From NCBI GenBank assembly GCA_020059915.1, contig JAGVBB010000002.1, positions 1 through 60,128 on the forward strand: 60,128 nt of DNA, read 5' to 3'. The position numbers were made by a program, and so were the translations under genes. The notes under the pieces were generated by a model. The model worked only from the letters and a program-made list of their open reading frames with translations, did not search any database and had not been told where the DNA came from. The DNA is from Minisyncoccota bacterium. Its GTDB lineage: Bacteria > Patescibacteriota > Minisyncoccia > UBA6257 > GWB1-50-10. Below are positions 55,921 to 60,128 of the stretch, one piece after another (the stretch's first letter is position 1; every line of letters starts with the position of its first letter).

Positions 55921-56012
55921 AAACGACTTTTCTAATTTATCCTACCTTTTCAGTATACTCCATTCATCGTCTTGGGTCAAAAGAATTATTTTGAGGTACA
56001 ATTAAAGAATAT

Positions 56013-57566
56013 ATGAAGCGAACGATAGTACTTGCGATACTTGATGGTTGGGGAATTGGAACATGTGATGAATCAAATCCAATTTATTCTGCACACCCCC
56101 CAACAATTCTCGAAATTGAAAAAAATTATCCATGCGGAGCACTCCAAGCATCTGGACTTGCGATTGGACTCCCCTGGGAAGAAGAAGGAAATAGTGAGGT
56201 GGGACATCTTACCATCGGCACCGGAAGCGTCTTTTATCAAAACTATCCGAAAATTTCTTTAGCAATAGAGAATGGAACTTTTTTTTCTAATGAAGCGCTT
56301 GTAGGCGCATATCTCCATGCACAAAAGAATGAAAGCGCCCTTCACCTTATTGGACTCATATCAAAAGGAAACGTGCACTCCTCTCTCAACCATCTCGAAG
56401 CACTTATCATTATGGCGGAACGAATGAATATAAAAAAATGCTATATTCACGCAATCACCGACGGAAGAGATAGCCCACCAGAATCTGTTATTTCAATAAC
56501 AAATAGTATTGAGGAGATTGTAAAACAACACAATGTGGGAATGATTGTCGCTGTTGTAGGAAGGTATTATGCAATGAACAGAGATGAACACTGGGACAGG
56601 ACAAAAATGGCCTATGATTTATTTACAAAAGACACATATCCAATACGTACAATTGATGAAGCAGCAAAAAAAATATATGCACGAGGATACAACGACGAAT
56701 TTATAGATCCAACTGCAGTAACGGAACATAAACCAATTACAGATAACGATGCAATAATCTTTTTTAATTTCAGAGAAGACAGTATGAGGCAATTAATTTC
56801 TGCATTTTGTATTCCAGAGTTTGATAAATTCCCAACAAAAAAACTTAATAACTGTTATATCGCAACATTTACTCAATATCTTGATACGATATCGACACAT
56901 GTCGCATTCCCTAAAGAAGTTGCAAAAACATGTCTTTCAAAAATATTTTCTGACTTGGGAAAACAACAACTCCATATTGCTGAAACACAAAAATATGCAC
57001 ATGTAACATATTTCTTTAATGGGCTCATAGATGCTCCATTCCCCAATGAATATCGCGTCCTTATCCCAACTCTTGATATTCCGCACCCAGAACAGAAGCC
57101 TGAAATGATGGCATCAGCAATAACTGATCGGGTGCTTCTTGCATTACGAGAAAACACATTTGATTTTATCGTGGTCAATTATGCCAATCCAGATATTATG
57201 GCTCATACAGGGAACTACAATGCCACATTAGAGGCTGTATATGTGATTGATAAAGAAATCAGACGTCTCTATGAAGCAGTACAAAAAGAAAATCATATGT
57301 TACTCATTACTTCTGATCATGGAAATGCGGAAGTCTTGCTCAATATAAACACCGGAGAACCAGAAACAAAACATAATCCAAACCCAGTTCCTTTTTATCT
57401 TATTGCAAATGAATTTAAAAAAACAAAACCACGAGAAGGATTTTATCGACTGAGGACTATCGGAATACTTTCTGATGTTGCCCCAACCATACTTGAGTTA
57501 GCAAAGATACAAAAACCACTTGAAATGACAGGACAAAGTCTCCTCTCTCAGTTAAAATATATGTAG
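56013..57566 (+). CDS. gpmI: 2,3-bisphosphoglycerate-independent phosphoglycerate mutase
   Basis: ILDGWG, GNSEVGH, DGRDS, GRYYAM, AETQKYAHVTYFFNG, DHGNAE. Confidence 0.96.
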   Translation: MKRTIVLAILDGWGIGTCDESNPIYSAHPPTILEIEKNYPCGALQASGLAIGLPWEEEGNSEVGHLTIGTGSVFYQNYPKISLAIENGTFFSNEALVGAYLHAQKNESALHLIGLISKGNVHSSLNHLEALIIMAERMNIKKCYIHAITDGRDSPPESVISITNSIEEIVKQHNVGMIVAVVGRYYAMNRDEHWDRTKMAYDLFTKDTYPIRTIDEAAKKIYARGYNDEFIDPTAVTEHKPITDNDAIIFFNFREDSMRQLISAFCIPEFDKFPTKKLNNCYIATFTQYLDTISTHVAFPKEVAKTCLSKIFSDLGKQQLHIAETQKYAHVTYFFNGLIDAPFPNEYRVLIPTLDIPHPEQKPEMMASAITDRVLLALRENTFDFIVVNYANPDIMAHTGNYNATLEAVYVIDKEIRRLYEAVQKENHMLLITSDHGNAEVLLNINTGEPETKHNPNPVPFYLIANEFKKTKPREGFYRLRTIGILSDVAPTILELAKIQKPLEMTGQSLLSQLKYM

Positions 57567-57569
57567 GAT

Positions 57570-57938
57570 ATGGGATTTATCACAAAATCATTATTTAGAA
57601 TATTTTCAAACACTCTTGCTGTTTTTGTTGCAGCATATCTTGTTCCTGGCTTCCACCTTTCTGATAATGTGTTACATATTCTTGTTGTTGGGTGTATACT
57701 CACCCTGATAAATCTCACCGTAAAGCCATTTTTAAAACTCTTTTTTGGTCCATTTATTCTTCTTTCTCTTGGGCTCTTTCTTATTGTTATAAATGCACTA
57801 ACACTCATCATCCTTGACTTTTTCTCCTCTAACCTTACAATCCAAGGGTACCTTCCGTTAATTTACGGCACACTTATCGTGAGCGTGGTGAACATGGTAC
57901 TCTCCCTTATTGGAAGAACATTCTCACATAAAGATTAA
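57570..57938 (+). CDS. 4-TM phage-holin-family (YvlD-like) membrane protein
   Basis: AAYLVPG, VKPFLKL..P..LSLGLF..VINAL. Confidence 0.85.
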   Translation: MGFITKSLFRIFSNTLAVFVAAYLVPGFHLSDNVLHILVVGCILTLINLTVKPFLKLFFGPFILLSLGLFLIVINALTLIILDFFSSNLTIQGYLPLIYGTLIVSVVNMVLSLIGRTFSHKD

Positions 57939-57942
57939 ATAT

Positions 57943-58164
57943 ATGCTTACCATAATCCATATCATAGTTTCGATAATACTTATTGTGCTTATCCTCCTTC
58001 AGGACAGATCAACAGGAACATCTGGACTTTTCGGTGGCACAGCAGCGGACTCCTCATATCAAACACGTCGGGGTTTTGAAAAGTTTATTTTTGTCGGAAC
58101 AATTGTTTTTAGTGCATTATTTGGAATAATTGCTCTTATTAACCTCACCGCTCCAAAGATATAG
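57943..58164 (+). CDS. secG: Preprotein translocase subunit SecG
   Basis: ILLQDRSTGTSGLFGG, TRRGFEKF. Confidence 0.9.
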   Translation: MLTIIHIIVSIILIVLILLQDRSTGTSGLFGGTAADSSYQTRRGFEKFIFVGTIVFSALFGIIALINLTAPKI

Positions 58165-58237
58165 CTTCCATAAACACACAAAATCCTGTTATATTAAGAG
58201 GGCGGAATCGCTCTCTTTTTATAGACTATTTTATGTT

Positions 58238-59872
58238 ATGCAAAGTATAAAATTAATTATCAAAAATATAACACACAAAGAACGTGTTTTATTATTTGTT
58301 GCCGGATCCATACTAATTCTCGCACTTATCGGTATTATTGCTCTCACCATACAAACAAAAGGAGTGATGAAGCCAGTTCGAGGGGGAACATTTACCGAGG
58401 GAATAATAGGACAGCCTGTTATGGTAAATCCCGTCGGAGCGGAAACAGTTGCCGACAAAGATCTTGTTGCACTTCTTTATTCCCCTCTTTCTGATTTGGT
58501 AAACACTATAGAAGTTTCTCCAGATAGGAAACAATATGCAGTCAAATTAAAAGAAGACCTTCTTTGGTCCGATGGAGAACACCTCACGTCTGATGATGTG
58601 ATATTCACGATAGAGCTCATACAAAAAATGGGAAATGATTCTCCGCTCTATACAGAGTGGCAAGGAGTAAGTGTAACAAGAGAAAGTGAGCTCCAAACAG
58701 TAATGACTATTTCACAACCCTTTACTTTCTTTGAAAGAAATATACAGACACTCCGTATTATCCCCCGTCATATTTTTGGGTCTATACCACCAAAAAACCT
58801 TCGTTTGTCAGCATACAATTTTGAACCAGTAGGAAGCGGTCCTTATGTTGTAGAAAGTATAGATAAAAGAAAAGATGGTTTTATAACAGAATATAATCTT
58901 TCTGAAAATAAGTTATATGCGGGCACCCCTCCATTTATTCCAAATTTTTCGATAAAGTTTTTTGCAGATATGGACGCTCTCATTCATGAAGCGGAATTAA
59001 GAACAATCCAAGGATTTGGAATAACAAATTTTGTTCCCGATGAAGTCTTTAGTCTTCCTCGTATAGCAATAAAGGCAATTTCCATGCCAAGATATTATGC
59101 ACTCTTTTTCAATCAAACAAACAACCCCGCTCTACAAAACAGAGAATTGCGAAATGCGCTTAACAAGGCAATAAATAAAGATCGTATTATAAAAGATATA
59201 TTAAAGGAACAAGGCACGCGCATCGAGGGTCCATTATTGAGACAGCTTGCTGGAATAGAAAAAATTCCATCAACATATGAACCAGAAGAAGCAGCACGAG
59301 TGATTAGCGCAACAGACAATTTAACATTGGCGGTAGTTATTCCAGAAATACCAATTCTTGAGGCGGTTGCAGAAAAAGTGCGCGAAGATTGGATCAGTGC
59401 TGGCGTTGGTGAGGTGAATATTTATCCATTACCAATTTCCGACATACAAGAGGTAATAAAATCGAGAAACTATGACGTGCTTCTTTTTGGAAATACATAT
59501 AAGAATACTGCCGATCTCTTCCCTTTTTGGCACTCATCCTTTAGATTTTCTCCTGGAATGAATTTGTCATTATATAAAAACTCAGAAGTTGATAAAACAC
59601 TTGAGGATATTCGACAAACAAAAGAAATAACCCAAACACAGATAGATCGATTAATAAAAATAGATGAGCAGATTATGAGTGACGCACCGGCATCATTTCT
59701 CTTTTCTATGCCATATTTTTATGTGCACACCACACGAATGGATGGTGGTTTTCCAGACGTCATGTTTGATGTTTCAGATCGATTTTTAAATGTTTCTTCA
59801 TGGAATGTTAATAGAGTTCGTGTTATTGGAGGAGATACCTCTACAACAACAGAAGATAATACCACCAATTAA
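58238..59872 (+). CDS. ABC transporter substrate-binding protein, family 5 (OppA-like), TM-anchored
   Basis: GGTFTEGIIG, LLWSDGEHLTSDDVIFT, PVGSGPY, LFPFWHSS. Confidence 0.9.
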   Translation: MQSIKLIIKNITHKERVLLFVAGSILILALIGIIALTIQTKGVMKPVRGGTFTEGIIGQPVMVNPVGAETVADKDLVALLYSPLSDLVNTIEVSPDRKQYAVKLKEDLLWSDGEHLTSDDVIFTIELIQKMGNDSPLYTEWQGVSVTRESELQTVMTISQPFTFFERNIQTLRIIPRHIFGSIPPKNLRLSAYNFEPVGSGPYVVESIDKRKDGFITEYNLSENKLYAGTPPFIPNFSIKFFADMDALIHEAELRTIQGFGITNFVPDEVFSLPRIAIKAISMPRYYALFFNQTNNPALQNRELRNALNKAINKDRIIKDILKEQGTRIEGPLLRQLAGIEKIPSTYEPEEAARVISATDNLTLAVVIPEIPILEAVAEKVREDWISAGVGEVNIYPLPISDIQEVIKSRNYDVLLFGNTYKNTADLFPFWHSSFRFSPGMNLSLYKNSEVDKTLEDIRQTKEITQTQIDRLIKIDEQIMSDAPASFLFSMPYFYVHTTRMDGGFPDVMFDVSDRFLNVSSWNVNRVRVIGGDTSTTTEDNTTN

Positions 59873-60027
59873 AGGATTTTTTCCTCATATGGACAAAATA
59901 AAAGCAATCTGCTATCATACGTTAGTCAATTACCTCTCCTAATATTTTGTCGGCAAATTTTTTCTAAAGTATTATTTATAGTGTGAGACGTATTCCGTTA
60001 TATTTTTTATATACGGAACATGGATTT

Positions 60028-60109
60028 GCCGAAGTGGTGGAATTGGTAGACACGTACGGTTCAGGGCCGTATACCGAAAGGTTTGAGGGTTCAAATCCCT
60101 CCTTCGGCA
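60028..60109 (+). tRNA. tRNA-Leu(CAG)
   Basis: GCCGAAG/CTTCGGC; TACGG-TTCAGGG-CCGTA; long variable arm. Confidence 0.95.
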
Positions 60110-60128
60110 CAGAAGTAAAATCAAATCT

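Noticed and set aside
57570-57938. Holin-family gene as evidence of a prophage
   Set aside because: It sits in a housekeeping gpmI-secG-oppA run with no phage genes.

Overview
A 60 kb window that is probably from a Patescibacteria/CPR (Parcubacteria-like) chromosome. This is inferred from gene content and order; TGA is used as a stop. Core genes include nrdJ, ftsZ/ftsA, ybeY, rpsU, a hisS-like gene, lepB, pth, clpB, degP, rlmH, HU, rny, gpmI and secG, plus six tRNAs (His, Phe, Pro, Arg, Gly, Leu). A surface-glycosylation locus (about 15.4-29.5 kb) lies beside a 1121-aa cell-surface protein. The most unusual signal is non-coding. Downstream of tRNA-His, -Pro, -Arg and -Gly, and at the window start, there are repeated 75-110 bp units: an antisense copy of that tRNA's T-loop, a structured spacer, then a duplicate of the tRNA 3' end. 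Units at different loci are homologous and show compensatory base changes. Several other small repeat families occur: (1) 7-nt-period tandem arrays, inverted around a four-helix-bundle gene and inserted in frame twice into a cysteine desulfurase; (2) a ~105-bp element with CCCGTTAGAAA termini directly before two start codons; (3) a 19-20 nt CCTRCC..GGCAGG palindrome cleanly inserted into two tRNA-derived units; (4) a perfect 42-bp palindrome over the promoter of a PaaX/Cas2-like gene. No integrase, transposase or CRISPR array was found. All family assignments come from motif reading by eye; no searches were run.
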